The position numbers and the translations under genes were made by a program. A DNA stretch of 64,000 nucleotides, taken from positions 8,904 to 72,903 of the forward strand of contig CAZSMU010000001.1 of NCBI GenBank assembly GCA_964607915.1, in the 5' to 3' direction. This document shows positions 1-8,523 of this stretch, piece by piece. Source of the DNA: an uncultured Haliscomenobacter sp. (GTDB taxonomy: Bacteria; Bacteroidota; Bacteroidia; Chitinophagales; Saprospiraceae). The notes under the pieces were generated by a model. It had not been told where the DNA came from. It searched no databases and was given only the letters and a program-made list of their open reading frames with translations. Position 1 is the first letter of the stretch, and each line of letters starts with the position of its first letter.

Positions 1-2432
1 TGGGGGAAGTAGTCGTCTCCGCTTCCCGCGTTCAGGAGAAGCTGCTCACCTCGCCGGTCGGTATTTCCAGGATGGACAGCCGTCAGGTGCGCATGTCGGC
101 CTCCCCCGGCTTTTATGATGCCCTCGGAGATATGAAAGGCGTTCAGATGCTGACACCAAGTCTGGGGTTCCGTGTCATCAACACCCGCGGCTTTGCCAAT
201 ACTACCAATGTGCGTTTCGTACAATTGATAGACGGGGTGGATAACCAGGCTCCGCACATCGGTGCCCCCATCGGCAACGCCTTGGCGCCCGGCGATCTGG
301 ACATCCTCGACATGGAGGTAGTACAAGGCATCGCCTCAGCGCTGTACGGCATGAACGCCACGAATGGATTGGCCAACATCCGCACCCGCAACCCTTTTGA
401 ATCAGAAGGGGTCAGTTTCCGCCAGCAGGTCGCGGTCAACCATCTACAGGACCCACAGGGTATAGGGGCCCGGGCCTACACCGAGTCGGCATTCCGCTGG
501 GCGAAAGCGCTGACGCAGCAGTGGGCCTTCAAAATCAATATAGGTTTTTCCAAAGGGTACGACTGGATAGCCGGCAATGACAGCGACCTAAACCCCTTAG
601 CCAACCGGACGACTAATCTGACCGGTACCGATAACCCGGCATACGACGCCGTCAACGGCTATGGGAACGAATCCTCAAATCGCCGCACCCTCTCCCTCAA
701 CGGTAAAAATTACGTCGTCGCCCGGACCGGCTACCGGGAACAGGACGTCGTGGACTATTCGCTCCAGAACCTAAAGGCCGACGCTACCCTCGCATACCGG
801 CCTAAGGAAGGGATGGAACTTTCCTATACCGGCCGTGCCGCCTTTTTAGACAACGTCTATCAACGATCAAACCGCTTCCGGCTGGAAGACTACCTGCTCC
901 AACAGCACGTCCTGCAATTTCGGGGACCCCTGCTCCAGGCCAAAGCATACCTGAACGGGGAAAATACAGGCCAATCCTACAACCTCCGCTCTATGGCGGA
1001 AAACATAGACCGCTATTCCAAAAGCGACGACCGCTGGTTTTCCGACTATACCAAGGCCTTCCAGGAGGCGTTGAAAACCGACCCGGACATTGTACAGGCG
1101 CACCGCCGCGCACGGGCTGTAGCGGACGCCTTCCGGCCCCAGCCCGGCACGGAGGCATTCCGCAGGATACTGGACACCCTGGCCCAGGTCAACAACTGGG
1201 ATATCGGCGCAGCACTCAGGGTACGCGCCCGGCTTCTGCATACAGAGGGCCTACTAGACGCCGGCCAACTCCTAAAAATGCCCTTCGACCTGCATGTCGG
1301 CACCGACTTTCGGCAGTACATCATCGTGCCCGACGGCAATTATTTCATCAACCCGGTGGATAGTACCCGTAACCTGACCTATTCCCGGTACGGTTTCTTT
1401 ATCAACGGGACAAAGTCGCTCCTGCATGGAAGACTTCGCCTGGGGGCAGCGCTCCGCGCCGATAAAAACCAGTATTTCAAACTCCAGTGGAACCCCCGCA
1501 TCAGCGCCGTCTATGCCCTTTCCGAATCCGGTTTCCTGCGCGTTTCGTACCAGAACGGTGCCCGTTTTCCCAGTATCTTCGAAGGGTTTTCCAATATCAA
1601 CAGCGGGGGGGTCAAGCGCGTCGGTGGGTTGCGGGTCATGTCAGACGGCATTTTTGAGCAGTCCTGGCTCAAAAGCTCCATTGACGCGTTCCAGTCTGCC
1701 GTCAACACAGGCGTCAATACCCTGGGGCTGAGCCAGTCTGCCGCTGTCGAAAAGCACAAAGCTCTCCTGCAGCGAAACCCCTACACCTACCTGCAGCCCG
1801 AGCGGATGCGCGCTTTTGAGGCAGGCTATCGGGGTTTTCTTCACAAAAAACTGTACATAGACCTGGATGTCTATCTCAACCGCTTCTCGCGCTTTATCGC
1901 CCAGGTAGAAGCCAGCGTACCCGATACCAGTGATCCTGCAGAGATACCGACTTCCCTGTTCGTGCGCTCCCGCCAGGCCCGCTACCGCTTGTGGACCAAT
2001 TCCAGAACCACCGTTTTCAACTACGGTGCAGCGCTGGAACTGCGCTATGCGCTCCACCGGAACTACGAGCTTTCCCTGAACGCCAGCTACGCCGCCCTCA
2101 AGCAGACGGAGCAGAATGACGGGCTGGAAGACGGTTTCAACACCCCTGCCCTCCTGCTGCGGGCGGCCTTGAACGGCCATAAGTTCCTCGGCAACTGGAG
2201 CGGACAGGTTGCGGCCCGCTACCAGAGCAGCTTCTATTGGCAATCTTTCCTGGTCAATGGCGACGTACCCGCCGTCTTCACCCTGGACGCACAACTCAAC
2301 TACACCTTTGGCAGCCCGCTCATCAACCTGAAATTCGGCGGTACCAACCTCCTGAACCGCTACTACTATTCTTTTCTCGGCGGCCCCCAAATCGGCGGGT
2401 TCTATTATGGGACCGTGACGTATTATTTTTGA
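1..2432 (+). CDS. TonB-dependent outer-membrane receptor (5' end cut by window edge)
   Basis: The frame is open from base 3 (GEVVVSASRVQEKLLTSPVGISRMD looks like the start of a plug domain). The ATG at 72 is therefore internal. Plug motifs LIDGVDNQ and MEVVQGIASALYGMNATNG, a long barrel, and a C-terminal ...GTVTYYF ending in an aromatic residue. Confidence 0.85.
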   Translation, partial: GEVVVSASRVQEKLLTSPVGISRMDSRQVRMSASPGFYDALGDMKGVQMLTPSLGFRVINTRGFANTTNVRFVQLIDGVDNQAPHIGAPIGNALAPGDLDILDMEVVQGIASALYGMNATNGLANIRTRNPFESEGVSFRQQVAVNHLQDPQGIGARAYTESAFRWAKALTQQWAFKINIGFSKGYDWIAGNDSDLNPLANRTTNLTGTDNPAYDAVNGYGNESSNRRTLSLNGKNYVVARTGYREQDVVDYSLQNLKADATLAYRPKEGMELSYTGRAAFLDNVYQRSNRFRLEDYLLQQHVLQFRGPLLQAKAYLNGENTGQSYNLRSMAENIDRYSKSDDRWFSDYTKAFQEALKTDPDIVQAHRRARAVADAFRPQPGTEAFRRILDTLAQVNNWDIGAALRVRARLLHTEGLLDAGQLLKMPFDLHVGTDFRQYIIVPDGNYFINPVDSTRNLTYSRYGFFINGTKSLLHGRLRLGAALRADKNQYFKLQWNPRISAVYALSESGFLRVSYQNGARFPSIFEGFSNINSGGVKRVGGLRVMSDGIFEQSWLKSSIDAFQSAVNTGVNTLGLSQSAAVEKHKALLQRNPYTYLQPERMRAFEAGYRGFLHKKLYIDLDVYLNRFSRFIAQVEASVPDTSDPAEIPTSLFVRSRQARYRLWTNSRTTVFNYGAALELRYALHRNYELSLNASYAALKQTEQNDGLEDGFNTPALLLRAALNGHKFLGNWSGQVAARYQSSFYWQSFLVNGDVPAVFTLDAQLNYTFGSPLINLKFGGTNLLNRYYYSFLGGPQIGGFYYGTVTYYF

Positions 2433-2573
2433 CAAGTAATACACTTTCGGTACCCTGCGTCCCTATACGGCGAGGAGGATGGGAGCCTTTTTGTCCCAGC
2501 GATGATTTTTCCTTACCAAAAGGCCGTTAAACCTTTGCTGCTACTCATCATCCAAGTGCAATAACGCAATTCG

Positions 2574-4376
2574 ATGATTCGATTCAACTGGTTTATTGCC
2601 CTGATGCTGTTGGGTACAGCCTTCTGCCAAGCGCAGCGACGCCCCAATTTTGTACTCCTCCTCGCCGACGACCAGAGCTGGAACGGCACTTCGCTGCGGA
2701 TGGACCCGACACGCCCGGATTCCCGCAGCGACTTTCACCTGACCCCGAGGCTGGAGACCCTGGCGAAAACCGGTATGACCTTCAGCCAGGGCTACGCCCC
2801 GGCCCCGAAGTGCTCCCCCTCCCGCATCAGCATCCTGACGGGGAAGACCAATGCGCGGCTCCACTTTACGTTTACGGACAATATCAAAGAAGACAGCACC
2901 CGCTTGCTGGAACCGGTCACGGAGATGGACATTGCCGATTCCCTCACGACTATTGCCGAGTGGCTGAGGCGCCAAGGTTGGGGCTACCTGAGTGCCCACT
3001 ACGGGAAATGGCATATCCGCGGCGGTGGCCCTGCGCAACATGGCTTCGACCGGGGCGACGGAGAAACCGGTAACGAAGACGGCAACCAGGGTGGACTAAT
3101 ACAAGCCAACCCCCGTAAAATTTTCAGCATCACGGATTCGGCCTGCGCTTTTATGGCAGATGCCGCCCGCCTCGGCCGTCCTTTTTACGTGCAAGTATCG
3201 CACCATGCCCCCCGAAAACCTATCGAAACGCGGCAGGCCACGTTGGCGGAATGGTCCAATCCGGCCCTCCATCCCCTTGGTCAACGCCATAAAGACCCTG
3301 AATATGGCGCGATGCTGAGCGATATGGACGTCGGGCTGGGTATCTTGTTCGATAAAATCAAGGCTTTGGGCCTGGATTCCAACACCTATATCATCTATAT
3401 CGCCGACAACGGGGCGGGCGGGAACAACACCCCGCTCAGCGGCGGCAAAGCAGCGTGTAAAGAAGGCGGTATCCGCGTACCACTGGTCATCGCCGGGCCG
3501 GGTATCCCCGCCAATGTATACAACACAACCCCTGCGGTCGGCTACGACCTTTTTCCCACCATAGCCGCCCTCGCCGCGCAGAAAGACCTCCCGCTCCTCC
3601 CCTCCGGCCTCGATGGCAGCAGCCTGTTGCCCTTGCTCAAGTCCGGTAGCGGCAACTTCGCCCGGGGCCAGGAGCTGTTTTTCCACTGCCCCCACTACAA
3701 CGAATCCACCGTGCCGCAGTCGGCTCTGGTAGAAGGGCAGTACAAACTCCTGGCCGACTATGAACTCGGGACCCTGGCCTTGTATGACCTCGGCAAAGAC
3801 ATTGGGGAGACCAAAGACCTGAGTACACTCTATCCGGAAATCGCCCGAAAGCTGACCATTCGTCTGCGCGACTATCTGAAAAGCGTAGAAGCCCGCATGC
3901 CCGGTCTCAACCCGGCTTTCGCGGGATATAAAGGCAGCGCAGGCGACCTCGATGCCGACGGTCTACCCGACGCCTGGGAAATACGGGAATTGCTCACCGA
4001 CCGCTTCATCAGCAGCGATGATCCTGACCAGGATGGACTAAGCAACCTGGAGGAGTATCGGCAACGCAGCGACCCCTACGTTTCCAACCGCCCCACAGCC
4101 GTGGCAGAGGCCATGGCGGAAAGCCCGATACTATTCCGCGTGCGTACGAACCCTTTTTCAAAGCTGTTACAGCTCGACCTGAGTACGGAATGCCAGGGAC
4201 AGCAATGTATATATTCCCTATACGACCTTCAGGGGCGGCTTATTCTTCAGCAGAAAGTATCGTACGCGCCGCAAATCAGTGTCTATACCCCGGCGCTGAT
4301 ACCGGGAACGTACCTGCTTCGCCTTCAACTACAGGAAAGCGGCTCCAGTCAATCGCAAATGGTATTGTCCTATTAA
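2574..4376 (+). CDS. Secreted sulfatase (arylsulfatase family) with Ca-binding repeats and T9SS C-terminal sorting domain
   Basis: Signal peptide MIRFNWFIALMLLGTAFCQA. Sulfatase metal site NFVLLLADDQSWN. Formylglycine motif CSPSR in APKCSPSRISILTGK. DxDxDG-type repeats (DLDADGLPDAWE, DDPDQDGLSNLEEY). Beta-rich tail YSLYDLQGRLILQQ...GTYLLRLQ typical of T9SS CTDs. Confidence 0.9.
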   Translation: MIRFNWFIALMLLGTAFCQAQRRPNFVLLLADDQSWNGTSLRMDPTRPDSRSDFHLTPRLETLAKTGMTFSQGYAPAPKCSPSRISILTGKTNARLHFTFTDNIKEDSTRLLEPVTEMDIADSLTTIAEWLRRQGWGYLSAHYGKWHIRGGGPAQHGFDRGDGETGNEDGNQGGLIQANPRKIFSITDSACAFMADAARLGRPFYVQVSHHAPRKPIETRQATLAEWSNPALHPLGQRHKDPEYGAMLSDMDVGLGILFDKIKALGLDSNTYIIYIADNGAGGNNTPLSGGKAACKEGGIRVPLVIAGPGIPANVYNTTPAVGYDLFPTIAALAAQKDLPLLPSGLDGSSLLPLLKSGSGNFARGQELFFHCPHYNESTVPQSALVEGQYKLLADYELGTLALYDLGKDIGETKDLSTLYPEIARKLTIRLRDYLKSVEARMPGLNPAFAGYKGSAGDLDADGLPDAWEIRELLTDRFISSDDPDQDGLSNLEEYRQRSDPYVSNRPTAVAEAMAESPILFRVRTNPFSKLLQLDLSTECQGQQCIYSLYDLQGRLILQQKVSYAPQISVYTPALIPGTYLLRLQLQESGSSQSQMVLSY

Positions 4377-4397
4377 AACACCTTTATCCGCAAGCAC

Positions 4398-7300
4398 ATG
4401 AAACCTTTTCTTGGTCTTTTTATCCTTTTTTTTCTGGGAATGCCGGCATTTATTCAGGCGCACCCAGGCAATCTTTCCCCCGGCCACTCCCTTCATTCAT
4501 GGCATGTCCGGGGCGAAAAAGCACCGGTTCGCGGGCACTTTCTGTACAGTGCGGACGGCAAGGCCGTTATACAGACTGAGACGGGGGCGATACAACGGTT
4601 TCCGCTGGAACGGCTCACCGAAGCCGACCGGAAAAAAATAGCGAAAAAAAGCGCCTATATCCAGTCTTTGCATACAAATCCCTCCTCCTCCGAAGCGATG
4701 CGGGGCTTGCCGCAAGCTTTCACCTGGTCCGTTTGGGCCTTGCTGGCTTTGTTTGTCGGCGGTCTGGTATGGATCTTCCAGCGCCGGCGGCGTATCTCTA
4801 TGGCGTATCCCCTGGCAGCCGCAATTTGCCTGCAAGCCTCTTTATTCCTTCTTTCGGCCTTTGGACCGGCTATACAGGCCATATCCACCACCGATCCGCA
4901 GTTCGTAGAGTCTGCGTTCAAGCCCTTTAAACCCCAGGTCGCTACTTCCTGGAACGACCAATATTTCTTCGTCTCCTCTCTTGGCATCCCCGATCATCAG
5001 ATGATGGTTGGCATCACCAAATGGCAGCAGCAGGTACCCATTCCCCAGTGCTACACAGGCGATAATTCCTGGCCCATCCCACTGAACCCCGAGCTGGCTG
5101 CCGAGCCGCTGGCCATTGAGCAACACTTCATGAAAGGCGCTGTGGCCATAGCCGCCAATGGAATCCCCATTTTCAACGCCCGCAACAACACAGGGCTGGA
5201 TTCCTATCTCGCGGGTGAACTCGATGAATTTGGTGGCCATTGCGGACGGGCCGACGATTACCACTACCATATCGCCCCTCTTCATCTCGAAGGAAAAACC
5301 ACGGCGGTATTGCCTATTGGCTTCGCACTCGATGGGTATGCCCTGTACGGCAGCAAGGAACCCGATGGATCGGCCATGAAGCCCCTGGACGCCAATCATG
5401 GACATTTTGGCAGCAATGGGGTATACCACTACCACGGCACTAAAGTATATCCTTATTCTGTAGGCAAAATGGTGGGAAAAGTAACCCTCGACCCCAAAAC
5501 ACCGGCCCCGGAAGACCAAATCCTTCCCCAAGCCTTCGCCAGTCCGGTCCGCCCAGCCCTGCCCGGCTTGAATGGAGCTAAAATAACGGGCTTTGAAGCC
5601 AACGGCACCCAGGGCTATCGCCTCAGTTACCAACTCAACGCCCAAAACTACCAGGTCAACTACTCCTGGACCAAAGAGGGAAAATTTCAGTTTGATTTCG
5701 TCAATCCCAATGGTACTTCGACTTCCCAAACCTATACAGGAAAAACGCTCTGCACCCTGCCCGCTCAGCCTGTTGATTCCGCATTCACCCTCAGCAGCCC
5801 GGTCATAGGTGCCGACTCCCTGCTTCCTGCCCGATATACCTGTTGGGGTACCGGAATCAATCCCCCGCTGCAATGGAAGAATGCACCCTCCGGAACGACC
5901 TGTTTTGTAGCGCTCATGCACCATTTCGACAAGGATAAGGTTGAAAAAACATATATGATACTATACGATATACAAGGTAGTATAAACGCTATCAAAGAAA
6001 ACGAGTCCAGCGTGGGCAAGTGGGGCGGAAATACGCAGAACAACCTCGCTGCATATTCCCCGCCCTGCTCGCAAGGGGGCGGGTTGAAAGCCTACTACCT
6101 CACGGTGTATGCTCTTAAACAGTGCGTTTCGTTTACGACCACCCCCAAAACACGTCAGGAAGTATTAGCTAAAATCCAGGGTTTTGTGCTCGACTCCGCT
6201 TCCCTGACCACCTTGTACGACAATACCGCCCAGCCCCCGGCCACTCCCTGGCAGTTTAAGTGTAGCGAATTGCTGGGCAGGCCAACCGACCGCTCCGTCA
6301 CCCTCAACATGATGGCGGATGCCGAAGTCGAGCTCTATGTGGAATACGGGACCAAAAGCGGTACGTACAGCCAGCGTACTCCCTCCAGGACCTTTCCTTC
6401 CTCCCTTCCTTTCGACCTTGAACTGACCGGGTTAGCTGCGGACACCCGCTATTACTACCGGGTGCAGGCCCGGCGCACCGGGGAAACCGCTTTCCAGGCG
6501 AGGCCGGAACGCAGTTTCCATACCCAGCGCAAAAAAGGAAGTTCCTTTACCTTTGTGATTCAGGCAGACCCACATTTAGACGAACAATCTGATACCCTGG
6601 TCTATAAGACTTGCCTTCAAAACCAACTCGCCGACCAACCCGATTTCATGGTGGACCTGGGCGATTTTCTGATGTCGGACAAACTGGTAGAGCCCAACTA
6701 CCAAAAAATCGAAGACCGAAGCCTGCTGATGCGCTCCTACTACGATATCAGCGGGCATTCCGTACCCCTCTTCATCGCCCTGGGCAACCACGAAGGGGAA
6801 GCTGGGTGGACCCTGAACGGTACCCCCGACAACGTAGCCATCTGGAATACCCTGGCCCGCAAAAAGTACTTCCCCAACCCCATTCCTAACGGCTTTTACA
6901 CGGGCGATACCGTTTCGTATGCCCTCGTCGGCCAACGGGAAAATTACTACGCCTGGGAGTGGGGCGATGCCTTGTTCATCGTATTGGACCCCTATTGGTA
7001 CACGACCGTAAAACCTACCCGGGACAACTGGTATTGGACCCTCGGCAAAGCACAATACGACTGGCTTAAGAAAACCCTGGAGGGCAGTACGGCTACCTTC
7101 AAGTTCGTATTTGCCCATACGCTGATCGGTGGCTCAGAAGCAGCCAGAGGCGGGGTGGAATTTGCCAACCTCTACGAATGGGGCGGTCAAAACAACGATG
7201 GTACACCGGGGTTCCAGGCCAAACGCCCCGGTTGGTACAAACCTATCCACCAACTCCTGACCGAGCACAGGGCTACTATCTTTTTTCATGGCCATGACCA

Positions 7301-7850
7301 TTTTTACGCCAATCAGCAACTGGATTGCATGGGGTACCAGCTCGTACCGCAACCCAGTCACCCGCAGTTTGCATCTGCCAACCAGGCGCAGGACTACGGC
7401 TATCTCACGGGCAAAATCATACCCAACGCCGGCCACCTGCGCGTGAGTGTCAGCCCCGATGCTGTCAAAGTAGAGTACGTCCGTGCGTATAAACCGGCCA
7501 ACGAAACTACCACCCGCAAAAATCGGGATGTATCCGATTCCTATACCATCCGCCGGGGCGATTGCTTCGTCACCGCCGTGGAAGAATCCTCCATGCCGGA
7601 CGGTGCTGTACAAGTGTATCCCAATCCTTCCAAAGACAAATTTTTCGTAGAACTCAGCCCCGAGGTGAACCCGGCTAATCTGTATCTGACCCTGCGCAAC
7701 CTCTTGGGGCAACCCATCCCTGTACATATCGTAAGTGGTATTCATGCACTGGAATGCAGCACCGACGGCCTTGCCCCCGGTATCTACTTCCTCGAAATAT
7801 ATGATGAAAACACCCGGAAAAAGGAGATTACAAGGGTCATCAAGCAGTAG
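4398..7850 (+). CDS. Large secreted fusion protein: YHYH domain + PEBP(YbhB/YbcL)-like domain + purple-acid-type metallophosphoesterase + T9SS C-terminal domain
   Basis: YHYH motifs GRADDYHYHIAP and GVYHYHG. PEBP-like block LPARYTCWGTGINPPLQWKNAPSGTTCF...YYLTVYAL. FN3-like RYYYRVQA. Metallophosphoesterase motifs IQADPHLD, DLGDFL, GNHE, FFHGHDHFY. CTD tail VYPNPSKDKFFVEL...GIYFLEIYD. It lies 21 nt downstream of the sulfatase gene. Confidence 0.8.
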   Translation: MKPFLGLFILFFLGMPAFIQAHPGNLSPGHSLHSWHVRGEKAPVRGHFLYSADGKAVIQTETGAIQRFPLERLTEADRKKIAKKSAYIQSLHTNPSSSEAMRGLPQAFTWSVWALLALFVGGLVWIFQRRRRISMAYPLAAAICLQASLFLLSAFGPAIQAISTTDPQFVESAFKPFKPQVATSWNDQYFFVSSLGIPDHQMMVGITKWQQQVPIPQCYTGDNSWPIPLNPELAAEPLAIEQHFMKGAVAIAANGIPIFNARNNTGLDSYLAGELDEFGGHCGRADDYHYHIAPLHLEGKTTAVLPIGFALDGYALYGSKEPDGSAMKPLDANHGHFGSNGVYHYHGTKVYPYSVGKMVGKVTLDPKTPAPEDQILPQAFASPVRPALPGLNGAKITGFEANGTQGYRLSYQLNAQNYQVNYSWTKEGKFQFDFVNPNGTSTSQTYTGKTLCTLPAQPVDSAFTLSSPVIGADSLLPARYTCWGTGINPPLQWKNAPSGTTCFVALMHHFDKDKVEKTYMILYDIQGSINAIKENESSVGKWGGNTQNNLAAYSPPCSQGGGLKAYYLTVYALKQCVSFTTTPKTRQEVLAKIQGFVLDSASLTTLYDNTAQPPATPWQFKCSELLGRPTDRSVTLNMMADAEVELYVEYGTKSGTYSQRTPSRTFPSSLPFDLELTGLAADTRYYYRVQARRTGETAFQARPERSFHTQRKKGSSFTFVIQADPHLDEQSDTLVYKTCLQNQLADQPDFMVDLGDFLMSDKLVEPNYQKIEDRSLLMRSYYDISGHSVPLFIALGNHEGEAGWTLNGTPDNVAIWNTLARKKYFPNPIPNGFYTGDTVSYALVGQRENYYAWEWGDALFIVLDPYWYTTVKPTRDNWYWTLGKAQYDWLKKTLEGSTATFKFVFAHTLIGGSEAARGGVEFANLYEWGGQNNDGTPGFQAKRPGWYKPIHQLLTEHRATIFFHGHDHFYANQQLDCMGYQLVPQPSHPQFASANQAQDYGYLTGKIIPNAGHLRVSVSPDAVKVEYVRAYKPANETTTRKNRDVSDSYTIRRGDCFVTAVEESSMPDGAVQVYPNPSKDKFFVELSPEVNPANLYLTLRNLLGQPIPVHIVSGIHALECSTDGLAPGIYFLEIYDENTRKKEITRVIKQ

Positions 7851-7977
7851 GAAGCCGTATTTTTTCCAAAATCTTCTAAATGCTGTCGTACGTGTTTGAC
7901 CCCTCGCAATAACTCATTTTTATATCTTTATGGCCTGAATACAGGAACCATAGTGGTAAAAATCAAAGTGAAGTAAA

Positions 7978-8457
7978 ATGGGAAAAGCTGGGGCTATTTT
8001 CGGAGCGATTTTTTTTGCTGCGCTTGCGATGACGGGTTGTACGGGTGGGTCGAACCATCCGAAAGAAACAGAAACCACCTCAGGTGCATTGGATCCCGGG
8101 AAATCCGTATCCGATGAGGTTGCGCCCGAGCAGGAGGCCATGCGCTCAGGCATTGCGGAATTGCTTCAAGGCAAATGGCAGCATGTAGATGATAAATCCA
8201 ACTATCTGGTTTTCGAAGGAAATCACCGAAAGGAAACGGCGGGGGGTTCTGACCAATGGGATGATGAACTCTTTGTGTTGTCGGATAAATGTGCAAACGA
8301 TTTTAATAAAAACAGTGAAACAGAGCCGGAAAAAGACAGGTACATCTCCTGTTTAGCATCAGATTTATGTTGGTATATCCTTGATGTTGACCAGGAAACC
8401 TTGTCCTTGAGCTATATGGGGCGGGGGAATACCCTAACCTATAAGCGGGTGCAATAG
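7978..8457 (+). CDS. Small hypothetical lipoprotein
   Basis: 159-aa ORF with a hydrophobic N-terminus ending in a lipobox-like AMTGC. Acidic, low-complexity linker. No recognisable family. Confidence 0.55.
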   Translation: MGKAGAIFGAIFFAALAMTGCTGGSNHPKETETTSGALDPGKSVSDEVAPEQEAMRSGIAELLQGKWQHVDDKSNYLVFEGNHRKETAGGSDQWDDELFVLSDKCANDFNKNSETEPEKDRYISCLASDLCWYILDVDQETLSLSYMGRGNTLTYKRVQ

Positions 8458-8523
8458 CCGTTTTTCACCCCTCGCTGACTCCTTGCCACACATCCACTTT
8501 ACAACACACAAAACCGAACGTAC

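Noticed and set aside
4842-5924. 360-aa ORF antisense to the fusion protein gene
   Set aside because: It has no motifs, and the plus strand has YHYH and PEBP-like signatures.
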